Positions 1 to 8,778 of a stretch of 15,305 nt of DNA are shown piece by piece. The DNA lies in NCBI GenBank assembly GCA_050253335.1, contig JBFWJG010000052.1, positions 1-15,305 on the forward strand. The letters run 5' to 3'. Position 1 is the first letter of the stretch. Each line of letters starts with the position of its first letter. The notes beneath the pieces were generated by a model. The model saw only the letters and a program-made list of their open reading frames with translations. It was not told the origin of the DNA and made no database searches. Source of the DNA: Deferribacterales bacterium (GTDB taxonomy: Bacteria > Chrysiogenota > Deferribacteres > Deferribacterales > Geovibrionaceae). The translations under genes were made by a program, and so were the position numbers.

Positions 1-90
1 GATCCGCTGAATCTATCAGAAATGGTGCGGAAGGCAACAGATAAAAAAGAGGGGCATGCTAACCCTGTCCGCCTGCGTGTCAGAAATTGA
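1..90 (+). CDS. Possible 3' end of an upstream gene (partial), resembling the C-terminal helix of a receiver domain
   Basis: Frame 1 is open from the window edge: DPLNLSEMVRKATDKKEGHANPVRLRVRN, with TGA at 88-90. The 'P..L..MVRKA.D' pattern resembles receiver-domain ends of hybrid kinases, but the fragment is short. Confidence 0.3.
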   Translation, partial: DPLNLSEMVRKATDKKEGHANPVRLRVRN

Positions 91-700
91 TCAGGTCTGT
101 TTTTGTGAGCGTCACCGCGTTTTTTGTGGCGGGTCCGGTCAGCATAAGCATCAGGGAAGCCTGCTCTGTGTACAGATCCTCCGCGGAGAGTCCGTCAGCG
201 GGAATTATAACCCTGAAGCCGTGCATCGCGGCTCCGGTTGCGGTGTGAAGCACTGCTCCGTGGGCTGCGGTTCCGACAATTATGACTGTTTTGACATGCT
301 TTTCCTGAAGTGCGTCAAACAGCTCGGTCATGAAAAACTTGTTTGCCCCGGACTTCACCACAGTTTCCCCCTCAAGGGGCTTCACCTGCGGAAGAATGTT
401 CTCCGGTGCGCCGCGTGAGGTTGTGCTGTGAAGAACAGGCACGCCGTGGCTTCTGGCGTGCGCGATGAGTCTTTCCACGGCGGGGAGGGTGCTGATGCAT
501 CTGGGTCTGCGCTCCGGACTGCATGTGCGTTCTTCCATGTCAAGCACAAGAAGCGCGGTGACCGAGGGATCTGCATGAACCGCTTCCGCTTCGGGTGCGG
601 CGGGGATTTTTACTTTGTCCCACTCTTCCAGAATATCTCCGGCGAGTGAGCCGCCTGCCGTCAGAAATATGAACAATAAAAGAAGAATTCCGGTTTTCAT
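80..700 (-). CDS. Secreted isochorismatase-like (cysteine hydrolase fold) protein with the nucleophile Cys replaced by Ala
   Basis: Sec signal MKTGILLLLFIFLTAGGSLA. Family motifs TALLVLDM, 'AR..GVPV.H', 'P.EGETVVK' and 'TVIIVGTAAHGAVLHTA..A...GFRV.I..D'. GGAGG RBS upstream of the ATG. Confidence 0.85.
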   Translation of the reverse strand: MKTGILLLLFIFLTAGGSLAGDILEEWDKVKIPAAPEAEAVHADPSVTALLVLDMEERTCSPERRPRCISTLPAVERLIAHARSHGVPVLHSTTSRGAPENILPQVKPLEGETVVKSGANKFFMTELFDALQEKHVKTVIIVGTAAHGAVLHTATGAAMHGFRVIIPADGLSAEDLYTEQASLMLMLTGPATKNAVTLTKTDLINF

Positions 701-720
701 TGCATCCTCCGCGAAATAAT

Positions 721-748
721 ATTATAGCACGTCAGACCGATTCGTCAG
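721..748 (-). promoter_or_regulatory. Sigma70-type promoter (extended -10) for the isochorismatase-like gene
   Basis: The minus strand reads TGcTATAAT at 729-721, with a weak -35-like CTGACG at 748-743. It lies about 20 bp upstream of the start codon. Confidence 0.6.
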
Positions 749-772
749 GTCTGCTTAATATATCTTTACAAC

Positions 773-805
773 TTTACTTCTGCTTTACTCCGAAACTGTT
801 AATTT
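773..805 (+). promoter_or_regulatory. Candidate OmpR-family tandem operator with extended -10 upstream of the response regulator
   Basis: TTTAC-ttctgc-TTTAC-tccgaaac-TGTTAATTT, with the direct repeat at 11-bp period. The same layout recurs at 6028-6060. Confidence 0.5.
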
Positions 806-959
806 ATGATAACATGGGTTATTATGCTCAAAAAAGGGCATGCCCGGGTATATGGGCCGGTGTAAAAATTGTTCAGGCATTATATTTTGTAGTGCAATAA
901 TTCTGCCCGTGCTTATATTCGTATTTAATTTATCTGAAATATGAAGGGGTCGCTGCAAA

Positions 960-1655
960 ATGAGACTTTTGTTGATTGAAGACGATTCGGATCTTGCGGA
1001 AAACGTAATCGATTACTTTGAGATGCAGGGCTGGAGCGTGGACTACGCAATAACCGGCGAGGCAGGCCTGCAGTTTGCGCAGGAAAACCATTATGATGCG
1101 CTGGTGCTGGATATAAATCTTCCGGGCATCAACGGTTTTGAAGTGTGCAGGCTGCTGAGGCAGAAGCTGAGGCTGAACATTCCTGTGATAATGCTCACTG
1201 CCAGAACCATGCTTAACGACAAGCTGGACGGCTTTGAATCCGGCACGGACGATTACCTCCCGAAGCCTTTTGAGCTTGCGGAGCTCAAGGTGCGTCTGGA
1301 AGCCGCTGTAAGAAGAACAAAAAACACCGTGGCGGGCGTTTTTGAGGTTGGCGGACTAAGCCTTGACCCTGAAAACGGCTGTGTTATGAGAAACGGTAAG
1401 ATAATAGATCTCTCCGGCGTCTGTTTCACCATTCTGCGCAAGCTTATGGAGGCGCACCCCGGCATAGTCTCCAAGGAAGAGCTTGAGTATGCCATATGGA
1501 AGGATCAGCCGCCGCAGACAAACGCTCTGAAAGCGCATTTCTATACCCTGCGCCAGCTTGTGGACAAGCCTTTTGAGAAAGAGCTTCTCCACACCGTGCG
1601 GGGCAGGGGGTATAAAATAGCCGAAGAGGCGCCAGAGGAGACAGATGCGGTTTAA
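960..1655 (+). CDS. OmpR/PhoB-family DNA-binding response regulator
   Basis: Receiver motifs LLIEDD, LVLDINLPG, PVIMLTAR and DDYLPKPF. Winged-helix C-terminus LHTVRGRGY. Confidence 0.95.
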   Translation: MRLLLIEDDSDLAENVIDYFEMQGWSVDYAITGEAGLQFAQENHYDALVLDINLPGINGFEVCRLLRQKLRLNIPVIMLTARTMLNDKLDGFESGTDDYLPKPFELAELKVRLEAAVRRTKNTVAGVFEVGGLSLDPENGCVMRNGKIIDLSGVCFTILRKLMEAHPGIVSKEELEYAIWKDQPPQTNALKAHFYTLRQLVDKPFEKELLHTVRGRGYKIAEEAPEETDAV

Positions 1656-3003
1656 GACCGGTCTGCGCAGCAGGATTGTTCTTGTTTTTACGGGCATAAG
1701 CCTTCTTCTCGGTTCACTTATCGTGCTCGGAGTTATTGTTTCGACACAGATAAGCGAAACCAGATCGAAACAGAGGACAATAAAAATGGAGGCGGAGTAC
1801 TATCTCCGCAGTCACATGTCCACCTTCGCCGCGCCCACATCCAACTCCTTTTTCATGCCTAAGCCTTCATCTCCGTTCATAAATGTTTACTACGGGGAAG
1901 AGCTTCTGCCTGCGTGGGCGAAAGGCGAACTGCCCGGGCTTGCTCCGGGGGAATACTCAAGAACCAGCAACCAGCAGAAGTATCATATAATTATAAGAAA
2001 CCTGCCTGACGGCGAAAGGTTCTACATGCTTTACAATGTCACCCGTCTGGATGCCAGCAGGGAGTCGCTGAGCTCTCTCAGGGTGACAATTCTGGGCGTG
2101 CTGATGCCGATCATGGTGTTCGGATTTGTTATGGGGCTTATCACCGCGCATAAGGTTATAAACCCCGTTGTGAGCCTTGCCGACTACATAAAAGAGAGGG
2201 GAACGGGCTCTCCTCTGCCGGATGATTTTGTCAGGAAGTACAGCGATGACGAGATAGGCTTTCTGGCCGCCACGCTGAAAAACACTCTTGATGAGCTTCA
2301 CGCATCGGTTGCCAGAGAAGCGGCGTTCGCAAGGGATGCCTCCCACGAACTGCGCACCCCCGTGGCGACAATCAAAGGTGCGCTGGAGCTTCTGGAAAAC
2401 TCCGGTGCGCTTGAGGATGAAAAAACAGCCCGCATAGCAGGACGGATAGGAAGAGCCACTTCGAAGATGGAGCATCTTATCAAATCCTTCCTGTGGCTTT
2501 CGAGATATGAGACACTGGGAGAGTTTGACTTTGAGGAAACGGATACCCTGACAGTTGTGAATGAAACGGTTCAGGAACACATGTACCTCATAAAAGACAA
2601 GCCGGTTAAGGTTGAAGTCGAGGAACTCTACCCGCAGAAGCTTCCTGTTGCTCCTCAGGTTATGAACATACTTATATCAAACCTTCTCAGAAACGCCTTC
2701 ACCTACACCCAGTCAGGCAAGGTGACGGTTATTATAAGGGAGAAGTGCCTCTCCGTGAAGGACACGGGAATGGGCATAAGCAGTGCGCAGCTTAACCTTC
2801 TCCGGAAAAACTCAGGCAAGTACCATGCGGAAGGCTTCGGCTTCGGCGTCGCTATCGTGAGGCGTCTCTGTTTCAGCCTCGGATGGACTTTCCTCATTGA
2901 ATCCGAAAAAGAAAAAGGCACCATGGTTACACTCTGCTACAACCAGAAAGAGGACTGCGGCTGTGATACAAAAAAAACAGCCAATGACGGAAATCTTTCA
3001 TGA
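1645..3003 (+). CDS. Membrane sensor histidine kinase (two TM helices, HAMP, HisKA, HATPase)
   Basis: Two hydrophobic segments, H-box ASHELRTP, N-box NLLRNAF, G1 DTGMG and G2 GFGFG. Overlaps the regulator gene by 11 nt. Confidence 0.95.
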   Translation: MRFKTGLRSRIVLVFTGISLLLGSLIVLGVIVSTQISETRSKQRTIKMEAEYYLRSHMSTFAAPTSNSFFMPKPSSPFINVYYGEELLPAWAKGELPGLAPGEYSRTSNQQKYHIIIRNLPDGERFYMLYNVTRLDASRESLSSLRVTILGVLMPIMVFGFVMGLITAHKVINPVVSLADYIKERGTGSPLPDDFVRKYSDDEIGFLAATLKNTLDELHASVAREAAFARDASHELRTPVATIKGALELLENSGALEDEKTARIAGRIGRATSKMEHLIKSFLWLSRYETLGEFDFEETDTLTVVNETVQEHMYLIKDKPVKVEVEELYPQKLPVAPQVMNILISNLLRNAFTYTQSGKVTVIIREKCLSVKDTGMGISSAQLNLLRKNSGKYHAEGFGFGVAIVRRLCFSLGWTFLIESEKEKGTMVTLCYNQKEDCGCDTKKTANDGNLS

Positions 3004-3033
3004 AGTATTATTATTTTGCGAGGTCAGCTTTTT

Positions 3034-5427
3034 ATGAACGGTTATGACGGAATAAGCAGAAGAAGCCTGCTGAAAATGGGGCTTTTTTCTTCCGCTATGA
3101 TGATGAGCGGAGCCTATGACCAGCTTTTCGCCATGACAAATTCCGCGGGCGGCGTAAAAATTCCCCATGCGACTCATTTCGGCGCGCTCAAGGCAGTTGT
3201 TTCCGGCGGCAGGTTCATGGGCACGGAACCCCATGATAATGACTACGCTCCGACTTCGATGCTGTACAGCCTTTCGGAGTATGTGCACTCTGGCAACAGA
3301 ATTAAATACCCCTGTGTCAGAAAAAGCTTTCTGGAAGGCAAAAGGGACACCTCGCTGAGAGGGTGCGAGGAGTTTGTCAGGGTTGACTGGAAAACCGCTC
3401 TGGATCTTGTGGCGAAGATACTTCAGGATGTTAAGAAGAATTACGGCAATGAATCAATATACCGCCCCTCGTTCGCCGGATGGTCGCATCCCGGGGTAAT
3501 AGGCCGTCCCGACATACTTCAGGGAAGGTTTCTGGGTCTTCTCGGCGGCTTCACGGACACCATAGGTGACTATTCCGCAGGAGCGGCGACTCATATTCTC
3601 CCCCATGTCATGGGCGGTCTTGAGATATACAGCTATCAGACTACATATGAAATGATAGCGAAACACACAAAAACAATGGTTCTCTGGGGTTCTGACCCAT
3701 TCAAAACTTTCAGGATAAGCTACTCCGTTCCGGATCATGCCAGAATCGAATGGTTCGTGAAAATGAAGAACGCCGGAATGAAGTTCATAAGCATAGATCC
3801 GGTTTACACCGAAACGGCAAAGTTTATGGATGCGGAATGGATTCCCATTAAGCCGAACACCGATGTGGCAATGATAATGGCTGTCTGTTTTGAGCTTTAC
3901 ATAAGCGATGAATACGACAGCTCTTTTATAGATAAATATACCGTAGGCTTTGATATTTTCAAAAACTACCTGACAGGGAAGAACGACGGCGTGCGCAAAA
4001 GCCCAGAATGGGCAGAGAAGATATGCGGCATAAGCGCAGGAACAATAAGGCGCCTTGCCCGCGAATTCCTTAAGTCGGGCACGCTTCTCAACAGCCATTA
4101 CGGCTGTCAGCGGGCTGACAACGGCGAGCAGTTCCACTGGGCGCTGATCACTCTGGCCTGCATGCTGGGGCATGTGGGAACCCCCGGGGGCGGATACCAC
4201 TTCGGAAACGGCGGGCTTGCCTACTCCGGCAAGGTTATGCCCCGCAGAATGTCTCAGGGGCGAAACCCCGCCAGAACTGTTATTCCCGCGTCCAGAATAG
4301 GCGAGATGCTTCTGAACCCGGGAAGAACCATCGACTTCAACGGAAACAAGATTACCTATCCAAAAATATCCCTGCTTCACAACATGGGCTCAAATATAAT
4401 TACCCAGCACCCGAACACCAACGAACTGCTTGAAGGTATGCGGGGAGTGGAGAACATAATAACCCATGAGATTGTCTGGAACGCCACTGCAAGATACTCG
4501 GATATTGTTCTGCCTGTGACATCCACCTTTGAACGCAACGACATAACCTACGGTGACCCTTATTCAAACACCCATGTCTGGGCTATGAAGCAGGTTGTTC
4601 CGCCTCTGCACGAAGCGCGGGATGACTACTGGGTGCTTTCTGAGCTGGCAAAAAGGCTCGGATTCGAAAAGGAATTTACGGAAGGACGCACACAGATGGA
4701 CTGGATACGCTGGAGCTATTCAAACGTTGAGACGGCTGTTCCCTTTGAGAACTTCTGGCGGCAGGGTTTCCTTGAGTTCAAGGTTCCTTCAAAAAACAAA
4801 AGCTTTGTGCGGCTTGCGGATTTCAGGAAAGACCCGAAAAACTCGCCTCTTTTCACTCCGTCCGGCAGGATCGAGATTTTTTCCGAAAAAGTCGCCAGCT
4901 TCGGTTATGACGACTGTCCGGGTCACCCCACATGGATTGAGCCTAAGGAATGGCTCGGCGCGGATATGGCGAAGAAGCATAAGTATCACCTTCTTTCCAT
5001 ACACCCTAAGCACAGGCTGCATTCCCAGATGGATAATATTTCCCTCAAGGAGCAGTACAAGATAAAAGGCAGAGAGCCTGTCGTGCTTAATCCGGATGAT
5101 GCGAGAGAGCTTGGAATAAAGGACGGCGACCTTGTCGAAGTCTATAACGACAGGGGGGCGATAATCTGCGGAGCACTGGTAAGCGCAACCATGAGAAGGC
5201 ATGTCGTCAGGGTTGACGAAGGCGCCTGGTACTCTCCGGAGGATGCCTGCGGGGTCGGGGCAAGGTGCCTCAGCGGAAACGTGAATGTTCTCACGCCCTC
5301 CAGAGCCACATCAAAACTGGCTCAGGCGTGCGCCGCTCACAGCTGTCTTGTATCGTTAAGAAAAGCTCAGGGAAAAATAAAAAACAACGATGCGTACAAA
5401 AATCCGGTTGTAATAACGGAAGAATAA
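3034..5427 (+). CDS. Tat-exported molybdopterin S-/N-oxide reductase, TorA/DorA/BisC family (no Fe-S cluster)
   Basis: Tat motif SRRSLLK. Family motifs HATHFG, RIKYPCVRKSFL, Mo-ligand Ser in GDYSAGA, QRADNGEQ, TPSGRIEI, CPGHPTW, HPKHRLHSQ and TSKLAQ. There is no N-terminal Cys cluster motif. The start is set at ATG 3034 (GAGGT at 3020-3024) rather than TTG 3016. Confidence 0.92.
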   Translation: MNGYDGISRRSLLKMGLFSSAMMMSGAYDQLFAMTNSAGGVKIPHATHFGALKAVVSGGRFMGTEPHDNDYAPTSMLYSLSEYVHSGNRIKYPCVRKSFLEGKRDTSLRGCEEFVRVDWKTALDLVAKILQDVKKNYGNESIYRPSFAGWSHPGVIGRPDILQGRFLGLLGGFTDTIGDYSAGAATHILPHVMGGLEIYSYQTTYEMIAKHTKTMVLWGSDPFKTFRISYSVPDHARIEWFVKMKNAGMKFISIDPVYTETAKFMDAEWIPIKPNTDVAMIMAVCFELYISDEYDSSFIDKYTVGFDIFKNYLTGKNDGVRKSPEWAEKICGISAGTIRRLAREFLKSGTLLNSHYGCQRADNGEQFHWALITLACMLGHVGTPGGGYHFGNGGLAYSGKVMPRRMSQGRNPARTVIPASRIGEMLLNPGRTIDFNGNKITYPKISLLHNMGSNIITQHPNTNELLEGMRGVENIITHEIVWNATARYSDIVLPVTSTFERNDITYGDPYSNTHVWAMKQVVPPLHEARDDYWVLSELAKRLGFEKEFTEGRTQMDWIRWSYSNVETAVPFENFWRQGFLEFKVPSKNKSFVRLADFRKDPKNSPLFTPSGRIEIFSEKVASFGYDDCPGHPTWIEPKEWLGADMAKKHKYHLLSIHPKHRLHSQMDNISLKEQYKIKGREPVVLNPDDARELGIKDGDLVEVYNDRGAIICGALVSATMRRHVVRVDEGAWYSPEDACGVGARCLSGNVNVLTPSRATSKLAQACAAHSCLVSLRKAQGKIKNNDAYKNPVVITEE

Positions 5428-5442
5428 TATTAAGTAATAAAG

Positions 5443-5976
5443 ATGAAACACGCCCTCACTATTTGTTATATATCATTAATAAGCGTTTTATGCATTTTCA
5501 CTGCTTCCGCCTCAGAAAAAGGCTGGCTGAATAAAAATATAGAGCTCACTGACGCAAAAGGGAAAAAGACCGCTCTGCTTCAGTTCGGCTCACCCATCAG
5601 CGACAGCAGGCTCACGGCATGGATGAGAAAGGGTGAAAAGACCCTCTACTCCGAAGACGGAAGAGTGACTTACGGCATACTCTATGACCCCTCTGCCGCT
5701 GTGGAAACAGGGAGAACAAGGCAGGGCATGCGCGAAGTCATGATCAAAGGCTATATAAAAAGCTCATATATCTCGCCCACTCTGGAAGATTCTCTCTCGG
5801 AGTACGAGGATAAGTATTACGATATATGCAGCTCCTGCCACTCCGCCATAAACCTCAGCAGGTTCAGCATCGACCAGTGGGCGGGAATTATGAACTCAAT
5901 GAAGACCCATGCCCAGATATCCGACAATGATTCAGCGGGACTGTACAGGTATATAAAACTTATTATTACCGACTAA
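5443..5976 (+). CDS. Periplasmic monoheme cytochrome c resembling the C-terminal domain of TorC/DorC
   Basis: Signal peptide ending ASA. A single CSSCH is followed by 'F...QW.GIMNSM', which contains the likely distal Met. It lies 15 nt downstream of the molybdoenzyme gene. Confidence 0.82.
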   Translation: MKHALTICYISLISVLCIFTASASEKGWLNKNIELTDAKGKKTALLQFGSPISDSRLTAWMRKGEKTLYSEDGRVTYGILYDPSAAVETGRTRQGMREVMIKGYIKSSYISPTLEDSLSEYEDKYYDICSSCHSAINLSRFSIDQWAGIMNSMKTHAQISDNDSAGLYRYIKLIITD

Positions 5977-6027
5977 TCTCATTTCTTTAATACTTTTCCA
6001 TTTTTCAGAAACTAAACTGACGTTCTC

Positions 6028-6068
6028 TTTACCTAGTGTTTACCCTTAGTGTGTTAAAAAAATCACAA
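6028..6068 (+). promoter_or_regulatory. dmsA promoter region: tandem TTTAC repeats plus a CRP/FNR-family-like palindrome
   Basis: TTTAC at 6028 and 6039, and TGTTA-AAAAAA-TCACA at 6052-6067 (9/10 match to TGTGA-N6-TCACA). Confidence 0.5.
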
Positions 6069-6130
6069 TTCATTCGGAACATGATCTGTTACGGCGACGG
6101 TTGTTCAACCGGCAAACGAGGAGGAAGATT

Positions 6131-8764
6131 ATGTCAGTTTTTCAGAAAGAAAAGCTTAAAAATTTAATGAGTGTTTCCAGACGCTCGTTCCTTAAATGGA
6201 GCGCAGTTCTGGGAACCGCTGCCACGCTTGGCTGCGGAAGCTCAAGCAGCAGTGATGACAATGACGGCGATACCCCCGGAGCTCCGTCATTCGACAGGGA
6301 AGTATGGAACGGCTGCAACGTTAACTGCGGAAGCCACTGTCCCCTGAAACTTCATATTAAAGACGGTGTTGTCGTCAGAGTAAGCACCGACAACGAATCC
6401 CCCGACGAATACGGCGATTACGGCACGAACTTCCAGTTCCGCGCCTGTGTCCGCGGACGTTCGATCCGTCAGAGACTCTACAACCCTGACAGGGTTAAAT
6501 ACCCCATGAAAAGAGTCGCAGGCTCAGTAAGGGGTGAAGGCAGATATGAAAGGATTTCCTGGGAACAGGCAATTGAAGAAATATCTGCTAAAATGATTGA
6601 TGTAAAAGCAAACTACGGTCCCGCCGCTTTCTATATCCAGTACGCAACGGGTACAATTGACGCTGCTTTCGCAAAATCATGGACACCTGCCGCAACCCCC
6701 ATCGCAAGGCTTCACAACCTTTGGGGCGGATGGCTGAACCATTACGGCAACTACTCAACACCCCAGATCGGGCCCTACCTTCCCATGCTTCTCGGCGGTT
6801 CCAGCCAGAACACCATCACGGATGCTGTGAACAGCAACCTTGTGGTTCTCTGGGGCAACAACCCCGCGAACACCCGTATGGGCTCAGGCGCACACTACAC
6901 ATACCACCTTCAGAAAGCGAAGGAGAAAAACCCCAACCTCAAGTTCATCTCAGTCGACCCGCATTACAATGATACGGCGATTGCACTCGAGGCTGACTGG
7001 ATAAGCATCAGACCCGGAACAGACACAGCTCTTGTGGCGGGAATGGCTTACTATCTCCTTGATGAAGGGCTTCTTGACGAGGCATGGCTCAATGAACGCT
7101 GCGTAGGATGGGACGAAGCTTCCATGGCAGGAATAGTTGAGGCCACAGGCACAGCTCAGGGCGCGCCCGAAGGCACAGAGCCCGCAGTGCCCGCCGGAAG
7201 CTCATACAAATCATACCTGCTCGGACTCGGCGCGGACGCAACTGCCAAGACTCCCGAATGGGCATCAGACATCACAGGCATTCCTGTTTCCGTAATCAAG
7301 GCTTTTGCAAAAAGGCTGATAGATGAAAAACCCGCCATGATTATTCAGGGCTGGGGACCCCAGAGGCATTACCTCGGCGGAAACAACTGCCGTGCGATAA
7401 GCCTTATGGCTATCCTCACCAAAAACATAGGCATTCAGGGCGGCGGTTCCGGTTCACGCGAGAGCGGAGCTTCTGTGAGCCTCAGCTTCAGGGGCTGGTC
7501 AACCACTTTCCCCTCTAACCCTGTTTCTCATACCATTTCACACTTCACATGGTATCAGGCGATCCTTGACTACGCGTCAATGACGGGAAGAACATGGGGC
7601 GTGAGAGGACTGGCAACTCCCGATACTCCCCTGCCCACACCCATTAAGTTTATATGGAACTACGCCGGCAACTGTATGACAAACCAGCACGGCGACATAA
7701 ACGAAACAATGAAGATGTACAAAGATGAGTCAAAATGCGAATGCATAGTGACAATCGAAAACAGCTTCACACCCTCTGCGCTTGTTTCCGACTACATTCT
7801 GCCCGACTGTACAAACTGGGAGCAGAACGACGTAACCACAAACGCAGGCGGAAACACAGCCATTATGGTATTCGACACCAAAGCTGTTGAGCCTCTCTTC
7901 GAGTGCAAGACAATTTATGAAATGCTCTCTCTCATTGCTGACAAAATCGGCATAAAAGAGCAGTTCACAGAAGGCAGAACGCAGGACGAATGGCTTGAGT
8001 TCCTCTTCAACGAAATGCTCAGAATAAACGGAGATCAGGGTGTTTTTACTGCCGAGAACAATCTTGACACATACGCCAAGGCAAAAGCCGCCGGCATAGT
8101 CAAGAAATATGTTTCCACTGCAACACCCAGTGTGGCGTTCAAAGCTTTTGTCGATGATCCGATTACAAACAAAGTGTCCACCCCCTCAGGCAAGTTTGAG
8201 ATTTTCTCAAAAAGGCTTTACAACCTCAGCCACCAGTGGGTTCTTCCCGGAGACGGACTGGACAAAATATGCGCTATCCCTGAATTCCACGAAACTCAGG
8301 ACGGCTTCACAAGCACGAAGCGCGCTGAATATCCCTTTCAGGTTGTGGGACACCACTATAAACAGAGAACGCATTCAACCTACTACAACACATCCTGGAA
8401 CAGGGAAGCAAACCCTCAGACCGCGTGGATCAACTCAGGCGATGCCGCAAATCTCGGTATTGTTCACGGCGACACAGTGGAGATCTGGAACGACAGAGGC
8501 AAGGTAAGAGTTAAAGTTAAAGTAACTCCGAGAATTATGCCCGGCGTTATTGCTCTTCCTCAGGGCGCATGGTACAACCCCGGCGGCAAGTGGTATAACA
8601 GCAAGGTTGAACACTCAGGCAGCATCACGGCAGACGAAGTCGGCAACAAAGATGTGATCGACCACGGCGGATGCAACAACGTTCTTACAAGCGTGCGCCC
8701 TGAAGCATTCTCCAAAGGTAACTGCCAGCACAGTGTTCTTGCTAATATCAGGAAAGTCGGCTAA
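6131..8764 (+). CDS. dmsA: DmsA/YnfE-family molybdoenzyme catalytic subunit, predicted Tat-lipoprotein
   Basis: Strong GAGGAGG RBS before ATG 6131. Tat motif SRRSFLK is followed by TLGC and a Ser/Asp linker. FS0 motif CNVNCGSHC...RACVRGRS, Ser ligand YGNYS, plus TPSGKFEI and HYKQRTHST. Confidence 0.93.
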   Translation: MSVFQKEKLKNLMSVSRRSFLKWSAVLGTAATLGCGSSSSSDDNDGDTPGAPSFDREVWNGCNVNCGSHCPLKLHIKDGVVVRVSTDNESPDEYGDYGTNFQFRACVRGRSIRQRLYNPDRVKYPMKRVAGSVRGEGRYERISWEQAIEEISAKMIDVKANYGPAAFYIQYATGTIDAAFAKSWTPAATPIARLHNLWGGWLNHYGNYSTPQIGPYLPMLLGGSSQNTITDAVNSNLVVLWGNNPANTRMGSGAHYTYHLQKAKEKNPNLKFISVDPHYNDTAIALEADWISIRPGTDTALVAGMAYYLLDEGLLDEAWLNERCVGWDEASMAGIVEATGTAQGAPEGTEPAVPAGSSYKSYLLGLGADATAKTPEWASDITGIPVSVIKAFAKRLIDEKPAMIIQGWGPQRHYLGGNNCRAISLMAILTKNIGIQGGGSGSRESGASVSLSFRGWSTTFPSNPVSHTISHFTWYQAILDYASMTGRTWGVRGLATPDTPLPTPIKFIWNYAGNCMTNQHGDINETMKMYKDESKCECIVTIENSFTPSALVSDYILPDCTNWEQNDVTTNAGGNTAIMVFDTKAVEPLFECKTIYEMLSLIADKIGIKEQFTEGRTQDEWLEFLFNEMLRINGDQGVFTAENNLDTYAKAKAAGIVKKYVSTATPSVAFKAFVDDPITNKVSTPSGKFEIFSKRLYNLSHQWVLPGDGLDKICAIPEFHETQDGFTSTKRAEYPFQVVGHHYKQRTHSTYYNTSWNREANPQTAWINSGDAANLGIVHGDTVEIWNDRGKVRVKVKVTPRIMPGVIALPQGAWYNPGGKWYNSKVEHSGSITADEVGNKDVIDHGGCNNVLTSVRPEAFSKGNCQHSVLANIRKVG

Positions 8765-8778
8765 GAGGGAGGCTCAAA

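Noticed and set aside
700..900. 66-aa ORF in the divergent promoter region
   Set aside because: TTG start with no RBS, in AT-rich regulatory DNA containing promoter motifs.
3016..3033. TTG start for the TorA-like gene, and likewise TTG 6101 for dmsA
   Set aside because: The downstream ATGs at 3034 and 6131 have properly spaced Shine-Dalgarno sequences.
3454..4380. 308-aa antisense ORF, and similar ones at 1957..2580, 12252..13073, 13312..13821 and 11146..11595
   Set aside because: These are shadows on the opposite strand of well-supported genes, with no recognisable motifs.
6068..6130. Possible Moco/Tuco riboswitch in the dmsA leader (hairpin CGGTT-GTTC-AACCG at 6098-6111)
   Set aside because: The leader is too short and shows only one small hairpin. 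An Infernal search would be needed to exclude it formally.
3034..8764. Selenocysteine recoding or frameshifts in the molybdoenzymes
   Set aside because: Both frames are uninterrupted with no in-frame TGA, and both have Ser as the Mo ligand.
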